DNA of 64,000 nucleotides, from the NCBI GenBank assembly GCA_010093605.1, contig MU004193.1, positions 124,001 to 188,000 of the forward strand, read 5' to 3'. This document shows positions 1 through 11,258 of this stretch, piece by piece. Every line of letters begins with the position of its first letter. The first letter of the stretch is position 1. This stretch comes from Lophium mytilinum. Its lineage: Eukaryota. A program made the position numbers and the translations under genes. The notes beneath the pieces are model-generated. The model worked only from the letters and a program-made list of their open reading frames with translations. It did no database searches and was not told the DNA's origin.

Positions 1-264
1 GAGTTGAGGCCTAGTCGTAGCGCGAGGGGTGAGATGCAGTCTGCATGATGCACATAGGTGGTTTGAGTTGGAGATGCTGTCGTCGCGTATACCAAGGCGA
101 TACCGAAAACTAGGGATTCCAAAATGCGATACCCATAGAAAGATGATGAGGCAATAATTTTATTGAATGATGTTCGAATACAGTTGGCGTTGAAGCACGT
201 GAGAATCCACTCACAGCAATCCCCGCATCATCGAAGCAGGCAGTCTGCTTGCCTGCCTCCAGCT

Positions 265-1959
265 CTACCTCCTCCTCACCCGATCCCCACTCGCCTCCTT
301 AGTCGCCTGCGCCGCAGCTTCAGGCCCGAGATCCAACCTCAACTTCCTCAACCTCTCCGTAATAGCCGCCTTCTTCACCATCTCCTCATCATACATCTTA
401 TCCAGCTCCGCAGCCCTCTTGAGCATCTGCTGGCGCAGCCCTTCCTCTTGATCCTGCGTCGCGAGCGACTCGCCACTACTACTGACAGGCAATTGAGCGC
501 TGCCTTCGCTCGGCGAGATCGCCTTCTTCTTGCCTTTGACAATGTGCGCCCCCCACTGCGCAGCGCACTGCTTGGCGTCCTTTAGGTAGTCGAATTGCTG
601 CTCGGAGGTGAGAACTTGGTAGAAAGCTTCCAGGGGCTCGTTGAACTCGACCACCTCGAGTAACTCGGAGCGCACGAAGCCTTCTCTCTTTTGCTTCTCC
701 TTGGCAGCCTCGTCGCCGTAGGGCTCGAGCTGGAGGAAGTGGTTGCGGTATTGCGGCTTCTCGTTGCTGACGGGTTGGAAGAAGAGGCGGATGTCAACTT
801 GGAAGCCGCCCCAGCCGGTTTCGGTGATCTCGTATGGCGGGTTCTCGTAGGCTGGATGTGACATTAGGCAAGGTTCAAGTCTTGTGGTGTGGGGGGAGGG
901 TACCTCGTAGAGAGGGGCTGTAATCAGGATGGATCTTGAACGTGACCTTGTTCAGCCAGGTGCGCATGTCCGGCTGCCCTTCGGGGTGGCGTATGTATAT
1001 TGACCATCGCTTGGTGTGCTGCTCGGGGATTGAGGGGTCGCGCTTCGGGTCGCCTACGGGGGGGAGATCCGTGGCCTCTGAACCGATGACTGCGAGACTT
1101 GTTAGATGGGACTCGAGATGGAGGGAGACTGAAGACGTACTGATGTTGCGACTGACGCGCCTTTCCTGGAATGAAGATTAGTTCCGTTTAGCATGACCAA
1201 GTAGCAAAGTGACGTACCTTGACACGCTTGTTAGTAACAGGTGGCATATTGACGGTTTCCTTGAGAGTTTCTTTTCGCACAGGCTGTTTAAGAGCTGTCT
1301 TCGGAGCAGCCTTGGGAGCTGCCTTGGATATCGCAGGAGGCTTCGTAGCTGGGCGAGGCTGAGGGGTGGGCGTCACACGTGCGCGAGGGCGAGCAGCGGG
1401 GGGAGCTTTGGCGGGCAGAGGCGATGGGTGCTTGTCGGCCGGTGTCGCTGGCTGAGAAGATGAGCCGTTCGTCTCCTGCCCTCCGGACTTCCTGCGACGT
1501 CCCAGTGGCTCAATGTAGCGGGAGGTAAATGTGCTCTCTAGCTCTCTGTCGAGGCGGCTTTGCTTGGGACGCGATGCAGCATCACTATGGGGAGCTGGCT
1601 GCGTCGGCGCGGCTGGGGCTGGTCCGGGCAACGTGGCGGTGGGGAGAGCGTTCGACTGGCTCGTCCTGGGGTTCAAGGTGAGTATTAGCAGTTCTAGAGC
1701 CCCCCAAGAGCCGTGGGCGATGCGAGGGAATGATGGGTATGGGTTGGATGGATTGGCTCGGAAGGGTGGATGGAGCTGTGCGGTGCCGTGGTAAGGTGGA
1801 TTGTGTGTGTCCAAGAATCCGGATTATAACGTACGTGGTCTCTGTAGCTGGGCGTGTATCATGACTGTCGTTCCCCGAGGCTTCTGTGATGTTGGAGTAC
1901 GATGGAGGTGGTCGAGCATCGGAATGCCTTTTCGAGTCGCGCTGGTCGTCGGATGCCAT
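265..1959 (-). CDS. YAF9: YEATS-domain protein Yaf9 (NuA4/SWR1 subunit), multi-exon, with a possible N-terminal extension
   Basis: Spliced reading gives MPPVTNKRVK-ERRVSRNI-IIGSEA...HTKRWSIYIR...WLNKVTFKIH...AYENPPYEITETGWGGFQVDIRLFF (YEATS signature). GT-AG introns at 852-903, 1090-1140, 1166-1217. The conserved-looking start is ATG 1247; an upstream ATG at 1959 joins in frame via intron 1666-1834. Confidence 0.9.
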
Positions 1960-2080
1960 TTTTGACGCCACAGCGCGGCCCGACTTTTCGGCTGGTCTGT
2001 TCCTGGTCGGATCGGCCCGATGTTCTTTGGTGTGGTGATGTCAAGATCCCAACTCACACAATGCCTCAAGAAACTCAACA

Positions 2081-3152
2081 ATGGCTCAAGCGGTGAAGAG
2101 GAAGCTGGTTGTCTGTGGAGGGAATGGCTTCTTAGGTCAGTACCAATGCACTTGTCATGCAGAGTTTGCCGTTTCCATCTCAATTGCTTGCTGATGCTTG
2201 ACCCTCAGGAAGCCGCATCTGCAAAGCTGCCACTGCCCGGGGCTGGCAAGTCACTTCCATCAGGTGAGGATCACTCAATTGCACACTGCTTGAAGATACC
2301 ATAGCTAATGATGCTGTATAGTCGTTCTGGCGAACCCACCTGGTCCTCCGTAACCTCCTCGCCCGACCCCCCTCCGTGGTCGCAATCCGTCTCGTGGCAG
2401 AAGGGCGACATACTCAACCCCACCTCCTATACCTCTCACCTGGAAGGCGCCGATGCCGTAGTGCATTCGATGGGGATTCTGCTAGAAGCTGACTACAAAG
2501 GTGTGCTGCAAGGGAAAGAGTCCATCGTGAGCGGGCTACAACGCGCTTTCAGCAGCACAAAAGGCGGCAGCCAGAACCCGCTCGACAGGAAAGAGGGAGA
2601 GCCGTTGAAGCCGCAGGAAAAGGATGGCCAGTTGACGTATGAGCTGATGAATCGTGATTCGGGTATGAAGCCTGATGCGCACCCCAAAAATTTGAAGACG
2701 GCGGAGGCTGATTGGAGTTATGTCTAGCTATTGGCCTCGCCAAAGAAGCCTCGGCGCATAAGGTCCCTTCGTTTCTCTACATCTCAGCTGCGGGCGGCGC
2801 CCCAATCCTCCCAGGCCGCTACATCACCTCGAAACGCGAGGCCGAAGCAACCATCACCGCCGCGTTCCCTTCGATGCGGAGCATATTCATCCGTTCCCCG
2901 TTCTTGTATGACTCGTCGCGAGGGTTCACGGTCCCCATGGCTGCCATTACGGGTATGGGCGCGATGGCGAATTCGCTGGTCGGAGGAAAATTGACATGGT
3001 TGATGGGTGCTGGAGGCATAAAACCGTTGAAGGCGGACACGGTGAGCGAAGCCTGTGTCGAAGCGCTAGAAGACAGCGCCGTCAAAGGGCCAGTGGAGGT
3101 GCCGGAGATTGAAGCATTGGGGACGAAGGCGTGGAGAAAAGGTATGCTGTAA
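2081..3152 (+). CDS. COQ11: NAD-dependent epimerase/dehydrogenase, Coq11-like atypical SDR (multi-exon)
   Basis: N-terminal KLVVCGGNGFLG Rossmann motif, then AVVHSMGILLEADYKG, TYELMNRDS, YISAAGGAPILPGRYITSKREAE. Exons are joined by GT-AG introns. Confidence 0.8.
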
Positions 3153-3713
3153 GATCACGCCTCTGACACTTTGTGTAGACGTTGTACTTCACTCCTGTAA
3201 TCATAGGTTTAGCTCCTCCACGCATAGAATTGGGAGGCTTCCACCCGACTTAATCAATATAGACCTTGGCTATCCCAAATTCTCGTCTCACGACTGCTCT
3301 TCAAGCCGATGAACTTGGCATGTTGAAATGGATTGCCGTGCTAGGTCTGTACTGAAATGGTCACTTTCGTGATATACGTAGGTATACAACTTCCAACGTC
3401 ATTGGTCACTTACGCCTGCTGCAATAGCACCTTTGGTAGTCGTTAGAGTAGCATAAATGTTCCTCATCAACTTCGCGCACCACGTTCGGTCATCTAAGGT
3501 GTCCGCCGAGAAAGTACAACCAGGACTCAAGTAATGCCAACCCGTTTGCGTTCAAGCAAAACAAAACGAAAATGGAACATCCCGTTGGATAACAACAATC
3601 ACCTGCGGGAATCAATACCGGTAGCAACTCAGAGCTCTCGTATCCATAACATTCAGATGCAGCGTCCTACCCATTCAACACACAATTCAATCACCCACTC
3701 TTCCACAACCCCT

Positions 3714-4503
3714 TCACTTCTTCAAACTCTCCAACAACTCCTGACTCTCCTTCGACTCGGCCATCAAATCCCGCCCCGGCTTCCCAAACCTCCGCGCATG
3801 CTCCTCCACCTTCTCCCCGCTCTTAATAACCTCGTAATTATACCCAATCGTCATCTGCAGCGTCTCAACATCGATAAACGCCAGCTCATCCGGGCGGATC
3901 TTCTCCAGATACTCCGGGTCCTTGAACGCGTCCTCGAAGGTCGCGAAATCGCGAACGTAGGCGTCGGTGAAGCCGTCCCAGGGCTGCATGTCGCGGCCGG
4001 CGGCTTTGGCCATGGCGGCGCCGAGGGCTTTGGTTTCGTCGGTTGTGTGGGCCTGACGACGTTAGGAAACTGGAGGGGGGAAGTGGCACGCTGGGTATGA
4101 AAAACGTGGCACACTCATCAAGATCTGTGGTTTGCGGTCGTGTGTACAACTGTCTGCCACTGCTTGGAGCGCTTCGACAAGTTTCCAGATAGCCCAAAGC
4201 TGAGAGCTTCTACCGGTTTTACATTTCTGGAAGTGTATTGAAGACCTACAACTAGCGGCAGACATGTGTATAAGGCAGAATGAGCGTTGAGTGTGCCACC
4301 TTTTGCATGCCCCGCGTGAGTGGGTAGGGATGGGCGGGGAGAAGGGGAAGTACTTGAACGTATTCAACGACGCCGTGCCGCATCATGAAGTCTGTGCAGA
4401 GCGGGCCGTGGACTTGGGTCCAGTATTGGTAGAATTCTTCTTTTGAGACGCCGGGTTTGCGGCGGATGAAGGAGGAGATGCGGATGAGGTTTTCGGAGGC
4501 CAT
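3714..4503 (-). CDS. EthD-domain (dimeric alpha-beta barrel) protein
   Basis: Exon 1 MASENLIRISSFIRRKPGVSKEEFYQYWTQVHGPL; intron 4053-4353 (GTACTT...CTAAC...CAG); exon 2 AHTTDETK...WDGFTDAY...DPEYLEKIRPDELAFID. Confidence 0.85.
4087..4318. mobile_element. Fold-back MITE, family A copy 1, inside the EthD intron
   Basis: 31-bp TIRs: CACGCTGGGTATGAAAAACGTGGCACACTCA (4087-4117) and TGAGTGTGCCACCTTTTGCATGCCCCGCGTG (4288-4318). Flanked by direct repeat AGTGG (4082-4086, 4319-4323). Similar to 26720-26965 and 33138-33227. Confidence 0.85.
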
Positions 4504-6180
4504 ATTTACTAATTGATATAGGCTAGTCTGATATTACGATCTACACGGGGTATCAAGATATTGAAAGAGTCGACCAGAAAAGTGGATGGCAGGGCGGGAT
4601 GTCGTCTCTTATATCAATAGTCTAATCCGGAAAAAGCTACCCGATTTCGGGGTTCTATTCTTCCTTACTGCAATGGAGTTGATATCCCCGCGAATGCAGT
4701 GCCAAGACACGGTCTTTGAAGACCGGATTGCCCTTCCTGCCTACGATTGGCTGCGTGTCTTGACGCGTTTCTTAATGTACCTGCTTTTGGCACGATGGCT
4801 CAGCTCACGTGAGCATCACGTGCTCTGCTTCTGCCGAACTATAAATACCTCGGGCCTTGCAGCGATGCTTCTTGGAAGGCTGCAGAAGTGTGAAGTGTTC
4901 TTACTGATCAAAATGCAGTCCAATATCTCCCAATGGAAGTGGAAAGAAATCTGCGGGTAGCATATCAGATCAAACACTGCAGATCAAACACTGCGATGGT
5001 TGGTGGTGGGAGATCGGGCCGTGCGGATCGATAAAGAGTGAGGGTTACGAGGGCGATTTCTGCATGATGAGAATGTCTCTGTCTTGGTAGGTACAATCAC
5101 TCAGTCAGTGTTGCTCAGCGTCTTTCCACGATCCTTCTGGAGGAAATTAATGGTATTCAATTTATATTATCAGCATCGTCGTATGCTGGTGGGTAGCAGC
5201 ATGCGCAATTAGTTCCCAAAGGCCCCATGTGTCGATGAAACGGGAGTGTTTTACTCAACCCTCCAGTCCCAAACCCCAATTCTCCATCAAGCCTTTGCCA
5301 TCAATTTTTCAACGACCGCACATGTGGTGGTGGTGGTGGTAATGTTGAAGTCCCAAATGCCAATCTGCCTGCCTATGAAAGTTCTAGAGTCTAGGCGAGC
5401 TTTTATATCCATAAAGATGAAGTCTCGGAGGTGGAGTTAATCCTTCCGAGTTCCCGTGACTTCACGTGACTCATCCAAAGTCGGATCGTAGCCACTGTGC
5501 CACTTACTTCAGTGATAGAAACAAAGGGAATAGCGGGTTTGCATTGCTGCCTGGAACCTTCTTAATGACGTATGAAAGTTGCTCGAATTTCCGACCTTGC
5601 ATCTGGTTCTCGGGATTCGGCTCTCTTTTCGTTTTCTCCGGCAGGACGACACCTGGTTACAAAGCAACCCTGGAGTAGCAAATCCCCGGTACAGTTACGA
5701 TCAACATCCTCTTAAACATCAGGCATACCCACCTGGGCAAACGCTCCTATATCATATGTCCCTGAGAAAATTGTGATGTCAGCAATAACCTCTTTGGGAC
5801 AAGCTGACCTAACCAAAGTCCATTTCCGTTTCCGCTTTCGATCCTGAGCGCTTTTAAAACCGAGCAGTGACTAAGTATTCTAGCCCAAGCTTGTGGCTAT
5901 GCAAGCCCGAGCAATCCTGGGCAAGCCAGCCTTACTAGTCGCCCGAATCTGGAATATGCCTAAAACCACCCCTTCATCAGCGAAACGTCCGCATCCACGT
6001 GACTTAGCTGGTGCGTTGTAGGCAGCAGCCACAAAGTGGGGTGTCAGCCGCATGATAATTCAACCGACTACATATAAAAAGAAAACAAACCGCCTCGCTA
6101 TTGAATACACATTTGCCTCCAACACTCTCAACTATTCCACCATTCTCTTTGGAAAGACACACCTGCCCCCCATACTCAAA

Positions 6181-6675
6181 ATGGTCGACCCTACACCTAA
6201 CGACTACGCCAACTCCGCCGAGTTCAAACGCATCGCCCACTGGTCCGAATTCGGCCAAAGAGGAGAACCCCCAACCGAACGCGTGACAAACTCAGAATGG
6301 AAGCAAACGCATCCCTTCGAGAAGCCTGTCACCTCCAAATGGAACCAACCGATCCCACGCGCCATGCTGCCTAAACTGCTCAACGGGTTTCAGCCGTCTG
6401 CGATGGAGGATAAGTGGTTCGTGTACGCCGACGGGCCAGATGCGGAGGGCAATGCTGTGTTGCACATGCATCGAAGTTGGACAGGCTTTAAGATAGTGGA
6501 GGCGAAGTTTGTTATTCAGTTGGACGAGGATGGGGGGTTGAAGGAGGAGGATGCCTGTTTTACGGAGATTGTGTGGGAGTCGGATAGTGAGCGGATTAGG
6601 GGGCATACGGATGAGAAGGCGAAGGAGACGGTGAAGGGGGTTTGTAATTGGTGTATGGGGGTTCAACTTCCGTGA
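6181..6675 (+). CDS. Conserved-type fungal hypothetical protein (FQPSAMEDKWFVY...LHMHRSWTG motif)
   Basis: Intronless ORF with protein-like composition; likely ATG at 6181 following TATAAAAA near 6073. Confidence 0.7.
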   Translation: MVDPTPNDYANSAEFKRIAHWSEFGQRGEPPTERVTNSEWKQTHPFEKPVTSKWNQPIPRAMLPKLLNGFQPSAMEDKWFVYADGPDAEGNAVLHMHRSWTGFKIVEAKFVIQLDEDGGLKEEDACFTEIVWESDSERIRGHTDEKAKETVKGVCNWCMGVQLP

Positions 6676-7591
6676 GGGACGTGTGCTTGGCTGGAGAGAC
6701 TGTTGAGGGATATGCTTCTAGCGACCGAGACTTGTACCTCCCAAGTACGGGGAAATAAGGAAGGCTAGAATAGTTGGCTGTGGTGAAGAGAAAACCTCCG
6801 AGGATGGTGCACGCATGCACCGTTCCGAGGTTTTGTGACTGAGTAAAACCCTTTTCTGGTGATGCAAGCTTACGTTTCTTGTGTTTGTCGTCGCGAAGTT
6901 TGAAATCATTCTTGATAGATGCGTCTTTTCACGACGAAATGCTACCGAATGATATGGCAGGCATAGGTCTGCTTCGAGATAAGCCAAGATCTGCCATTGA
7001 GGGATGTATTTCTGCAATGTTGGATGAAAAAGCACGCCCCGTTTAAGATTAGGGGGACCGGAAAATAAGCGATATCATAATATGGAGCTCCAACATGCAA
7101 CGATACTACACACCCCAAAGACGATGAAAGTAGATATCTTCGCTCGCCGTGAACGTGCCTCTGCTGAAGTTCTTAGGGTGAAACTGTGGCGGTGCAGACG
7201 GACCTGCGCGCGAGCTGAACCTTCCAACGATACGGTGCTAATCGAATGGGGAGTTATTATACGCACTAGTGTCTTAGGCCCAAAGTTCCAGCTTATTCTG
7301 ACGACCAGGTTTATTAATAGGTCGGAGAACCTCAACTCCACCATTTCCTATCATCACCGCGAAAGGATTTCGGATCTGACTCGCAATTCTCATCCGTTGG
7401 ACACAGGAATTTGAAATCAAGGCTCAAATCGAAGGATCCCACCGGACCAATCTCAACGCATCAGGAATCGGAACGGAAATAAAAGGAACTCATTTCCCAC
7501 ATCTCAAGTTCATCTCTTTATACACACTTCATCAAAACCACAAACCCATCCTTCTCTCCGCCCCCAAACCCCCCAAAAGAACCCTTCCACA

Positions 7592-8740
7592 ATGCCCCCC
7601 ACCCGCATCGGCCTCGTCGGCCTCTCCCCCAACGCCATCTCCGCCTACGCCTCCACCGCCCACCTCCCCTACCTCACCCACTCCCCCCACTACACCATCA
7701 CCGCCCTGTGCAACTCCACGCTCCCCTCCGCCCGCACCGCCATCGCCGCCTACCACCTCCCCGCGAGCACCGCCGCCTACGACTCCGTTGCCGCCCTCGC
7801 CGCCGACCCAAACGTCGACCTCGTCGTCGTCTCCGTCAAAGTCGGCCTCCACGCCGCCCTCGCCGCCCCGGCTCTCCGCGCGTGGAAACCCGTCCTCTGC
7901 GAATGGCCCCTCGGCATCAACAGCACCGAAGCCGCGCAACTCGCCGCGCTGGCCGCTGAGAACGGGGTCAAGACGTATGTTGGCGCGCAGACCCGCTTCT
8001 CGCCCCCGGTCGCGGCGTTGCGCAAGCTGCTAGCCTCCGGCGCGATCGGGGAAGTGTTGTCGACAGATGTAACGGCGACGTTTGGCCCGCCGATCGAGAT
8101 CTGGATGAAGAGCGCGGACTTCTACCTCGATTTGAAGAGCGGGGGCAATCCGTTGGCAATCCGGTTCGCGCATTTTGTGGATGCGTTTTGCCATACGCTG
8201 GGGGAGTTTGAGGGGTATGATTCTGTGTTGAAGACGAATGGGAAGAGCGTGAAGGTGTATGATATCACGATGGGGGAGATGGCGACGGTCGCGAAGGAGC
8301 CGGAGAGTAAGCCGTATGAGACGATGACGAGGACGAGTCCAGATGAGATCCTGCTGCACGGCACGCTCGCCGGGGGCGCGGTGGCGGGGTTGCATTTCCG
8401 TACCGGCGAGAAAGAGATTGATGGTAGTTCGTTTAAGTGGACGATTACGGGGACGGGGGGGATTGTGCAGGTGAGGCAGAGTGAGACGATTAACTATATG
8501 CAGGATGGGAGTGTGCGGATTCAGATGCGGAAGACGGGGGGCGAGGTCGAGGAGGTGGAGGTGGAGTGGGAGGATGATGTCGCGGGGATTTATGGGGCGG
8601 TGTCGAATCAGGCGAATACGGGGAGGTTGTATAAGGCGATTGCGGAGGGGAGGGGGGAGGAGGTGATGAGCTTTGAGGGGGCGGTGGCGAGGCAGGGGTT
8701 GATTGATGGGATGATTGCGCAGGCGGAGGAGAAGGCTTGA
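7592..8740 (+). CDS. Gfo/Idh/MocA-family NAD-binding oxidoreductase (Gal80-like)
   Basis: RIGLVGLS Rossmann start, DPNVDLVVVSVKV..H, KPVLCEWPLG motif; 382-aa intronless ORF. Confidence 0.9.
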   Translation: MPPTRIGLVGLSPNAISAYASTAHLPYLTHSPHYTITALCNSTLPSARTAIAAYHLPASTAAYDSVAALAADPNVDLVVVSVKVGLHAALAAPALRAWKPVLCEWPLGINSTEAAQLAALAAENGVKTYVGAQTRFSPPVAALRKLLASGAIGEVLSTDVTATFGPPIEIWMKSADFYLDLKSGGNPLAIRFAHFVDAFCHTLGEFEGYDSVLKTNGKSVKVYDITMGEMATVAKEPESKPYETMTRTSPDEILLHGTLAGGAVAGLHFRTGEKEIDGSSFKWTITGTGGIVQVRQSETINYMQDGSVRIQMRKTGGEVEEVEVEWEDDVAGIYGAVSNQANTGRLYKAIAEGRGEEVMSFEGAVARQGLIDGMIAQAEEKA

Positions 8741-9233
8741 AGGAAGGCTTGAAGGGGTGGGTTTGGGTTGGTAGTGCGCAATATCGCTACCTATTTGTAG
8801 CTTTTATATGATTTGGATAGACAACATATGGTCACTGCTCTCAAGCTCCTCAAATTCTCACATCTCATCTAGATCTATAGGAGTCCACTTAAATCAGCGG
8901 CAAGAATACAGAATGGCCATCAGTGTAAGTAAGAAGTGGTGGGCTTGGTTCTGGTCCTTCGTCATTATCACAGATGCTTCAATGCACCGTTAAAAACATA
9001 AATTGAACTGAATCTTGTTGGTTTGGATTGAATTTCATCAAATCCAACCATCTACAGAAGCCGCTGCGCGACCACAGACTGCACTACGTCCCGTATTAGA
9101 GAGGCCTTCAGCAACTACGACTCGAAGATGAAGTAGCACACGGAGATTCCTATTAGTTGATTGTGCACATCATCTCCTCCGACGATAGGGCCCCAATGGT
9201 AGGAGGTCGACGGTCCGAATTCCTTCCACTCTC

Positions 9234-11258
9234 TCACATGAACTCCCTGAGAACCCTCACCAGAAAGCCCGGTTCGTCTTGCTCCACAGGTGGCTCTGCA
9301 TCGTCTGGTCCTGGCGCAGCTTCGGGTGCGGGTGCTTGTGCAGGCTGCTGATCGATGACTAGCGCAACTAAATTTCGAAGTGCCACTACGAAAGGGGGGT
9401 CTAAGCTAATCCAGTCATAGAATTCCCCAATCCGCATGTGCGCTACGTCCTGTGCTTGTATTCCGGCGGCAACAGCAGCGGCCACAGCAGCATCACGAAA
9501 GGTGGCCATCGCTCGGTCAAGCGCATGCGGATCCCCAGCATGTAGCTCTGCGAACGGCGGCTCTAGAGCTGGTCCTAGGTTTTCCAATGGTAGGTGTGCA
9601 GCTGGCGCTTCGAGCTCAAGGCGATTCGCAACAGCTTCGACGACTTCTGCAATCTCTCGCGCATCTGGGGGAGGTATTGCTGGCGCGAGTGCCTGGAAAT
9701 ACCGACGAACAATCTCGGAGCCATCGTTGCGAAGGTTCGCACCGCGCACGCCGCGGTTGAGGCCGTCCATGAGAGTTCGTTCCACAACGTGCTCGAGGTC
9801 GTGGTCTTCATCGGCGGGCTGCGGAACTTGTTCGAAGGCTCTGGCAGGCTGGTTGGGTTGGAGTACTCTGAGGAATGCAGCTCTATGGATCACGGGCATC
9901 GGATGTTCTACTGCAGCGGGCAATACAGGTCCGAGGTCTGGCATGTTGTCGTCCGGGAAGTCGTCTACAAGCTCTGGGGGCTCTTGGGGGTCTTCTGGCT
10001 CGGCGGCTTGCGCAGGAGGATCATCAAGTTGGGCTGGAGGTTGCACAACAGCGGCGGGGTGGAGTTGTGGAATGATATCAGGTTCCTCGCCGGGGACTGG
10101 AATGATAATTCGCTGAGCAAAGTTGAGGGGCCCCCGTGGGGGTGGGCCAGGCGGATGAGCCTGTTCAGCTAGGTCTAGCCTCTCCCTGAAGACTCTAATC
10201 GCGCCCTCTGATTCCAGAATCCGCTGCCGTAAGTCTTCTCTCATGGCGTCGTCTTGCTCAATAGCCAGTTGATGCACCCACCCGGCTCGTTGTTGTTCCT
10301 CCCACTGGATTTCTCGCCGTAGAAACTCTATACCATTCTGGGCCGGATCGCCAGGCAGCAAAGCACCCATAATCTGGTGCAGAGCCGCCGCGGGGATGAA
10401 CGGCAGATGAGGCTGGTGGTCGTTAGGATGAGGAGGCAAAGCTGGCAGGGGAATCTCTTGTTGCCAGACTCCCATGAACTCGTCTTGATCTAGCATGGCG
10501 GCCTGATTAGGGTCATCCCGAAAGAACTTCGTCGAACAATATGGGCAGCAGTTTCGTGGACGGACACTGCCGGCCGGGATGTCGCAAAACCATCGCTTGA
10601 GGCACATATGGCCAGCCGCGTGCCCACACGGGAGCAGAATGGCAAGTTCGGGGGTCTCTCCTTCATTTTCGATGACGCCAAAGACGTTCTTGCAGATGAA
10701 GCAGTCTGTAGGGGGCTCGCCTAGAGTGTAGGTTGCCAAGTTGAGATAGTGTCTCGTGCCGACTGAGAGGTAGTCGCCGAAGAATGTGTCGCGGTCAGGC
10801 AGATCCGAGTCTTGGTCGTTGGCTGCGTCAAGTGGTGCAACAATTTGTGGCATCAGAACGGCCTCGGCGGCTCCCCCAGGTATGTTCGCCATATGTCCAG
10901 CGGCATCGAGATGTCCTGGTAGACCAGCGCGTCCCAGGTGGAAGACGATTGGCGGATTCAACCACCGGATACCTGGAAAGTCCTGCGGAACCTGCCATTG
11001 CCTGCCATCCGCCCCCTCGGCATCGAGCGCTTGCTGGGGCCTCGCGAGTGGAGGCTGTGGATCGAGTGGTGGACCAAGGGGTGGTAGTTCGTCCTCGTCC
11101 TCCGGACGCGCCTGAGGATCACCGTCTTCCACAGTCGGACGCCGTGGATCAAGTGGCGGACCAAGTGGTGGCGGTTCGTCTTCGTCTTCCTGCTGCGCGT
11201 GTGGATCTTCATCCTCCACAGTCGGACGCGGTGGCATGCGTGGTAGGTTGTCAGCCAT
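9234..11258 (-). CDS. RING-finger protein with long low-complexity Pro/Asp/Glu-rich regions (putative E3 ligase); 3' end may extend via an intron
   Basis: CFIC...LPCGHAAGHMCLKRWF...CCPYC zinc-ligand pattern in a 674-aa ORF. Confidence 0.75.
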   Translation of the reverse strand: MADNLPRMPPRPTVEDEDPHAQQEDEDEPPPLGPPLDPRRPTVEDGDPQARPEDEDELPPLGPPLDPQPPLARPQQALDAEGADGRQWQVPQDFPGIRWLNPPIVFHLGRAGLPGHLDAAGHMANIPGGAAEAVLMPQIVAPLDAANDQDSDLPDRDTFFGDYLSVGTRHYLNLATYTLGEPPTDCFICKNVFGVIENEGETPELAILLPCGHAAGHMCLKRWFCDIPAGSVRPRNCCPYCSTKFFRDDPNQAAMLDQDEFMGVWQQEIPLPALPPHPNDHQPHLPFIPAAALHQIMGALLPGDPAQNGIEFLRREIQWEEQQRAGWVHQLAIEQDDAMREDLRQRILESEGAIRVFRERLDLAEQAHPPGPPPRGPLNFAQRIIIPVPGEEPDIIPQLHPAAVVQPPAQLDDPPAQAAEPEDPQEPPELVDDFPDDNMPDLGPVLPAAVEHPMPVIHRAAFLRVLQPNQPARAFEQVPQPADEDHDLEHVVERTLMDGLNRGVRGANLRNDGSEIVRRYFQALAPAIPPPDAREIAEVVEAVANRLELEAPAAHLPLENLGPALEPPFAELHAGDPHALDRAMATFRDAAVAAAVAAGIQAQDVAHMRIGEFYDWISLDPPFVVALRNLVALVIDQQPAQAPAPEAAPGPDDAEPPVEQDEPGFLVRVLREFM
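11058..11229. repeat. Two-copy 87-bp coding tandem duplication
   Basis: Units start at 11058 and 11145 (TGGATCRAGTGGYGGACCAAG); encodes RPTVED..P.A..EDEDE.PPLGPPLDP twice. Confidence 0.85.

Noticed and set aside
4966..4993. 14-bp tandem duplication (also a 15-bp DIILP duplication near 22360 and TCAAAGCGAATGACT twice near 38096/38164)
   Set aside because: Ordinary slippage-scale repeats with no further structure.
5240..5780. Possible gene relic
   Set aside because: Fragmentary frames with stops and no identifiable family.
9436..10172. Long antisense ORFs over the RING gene (similar ones overlap other genes)
   Set aside because: Expected shadow ORFs of GC-rich coding sequence.
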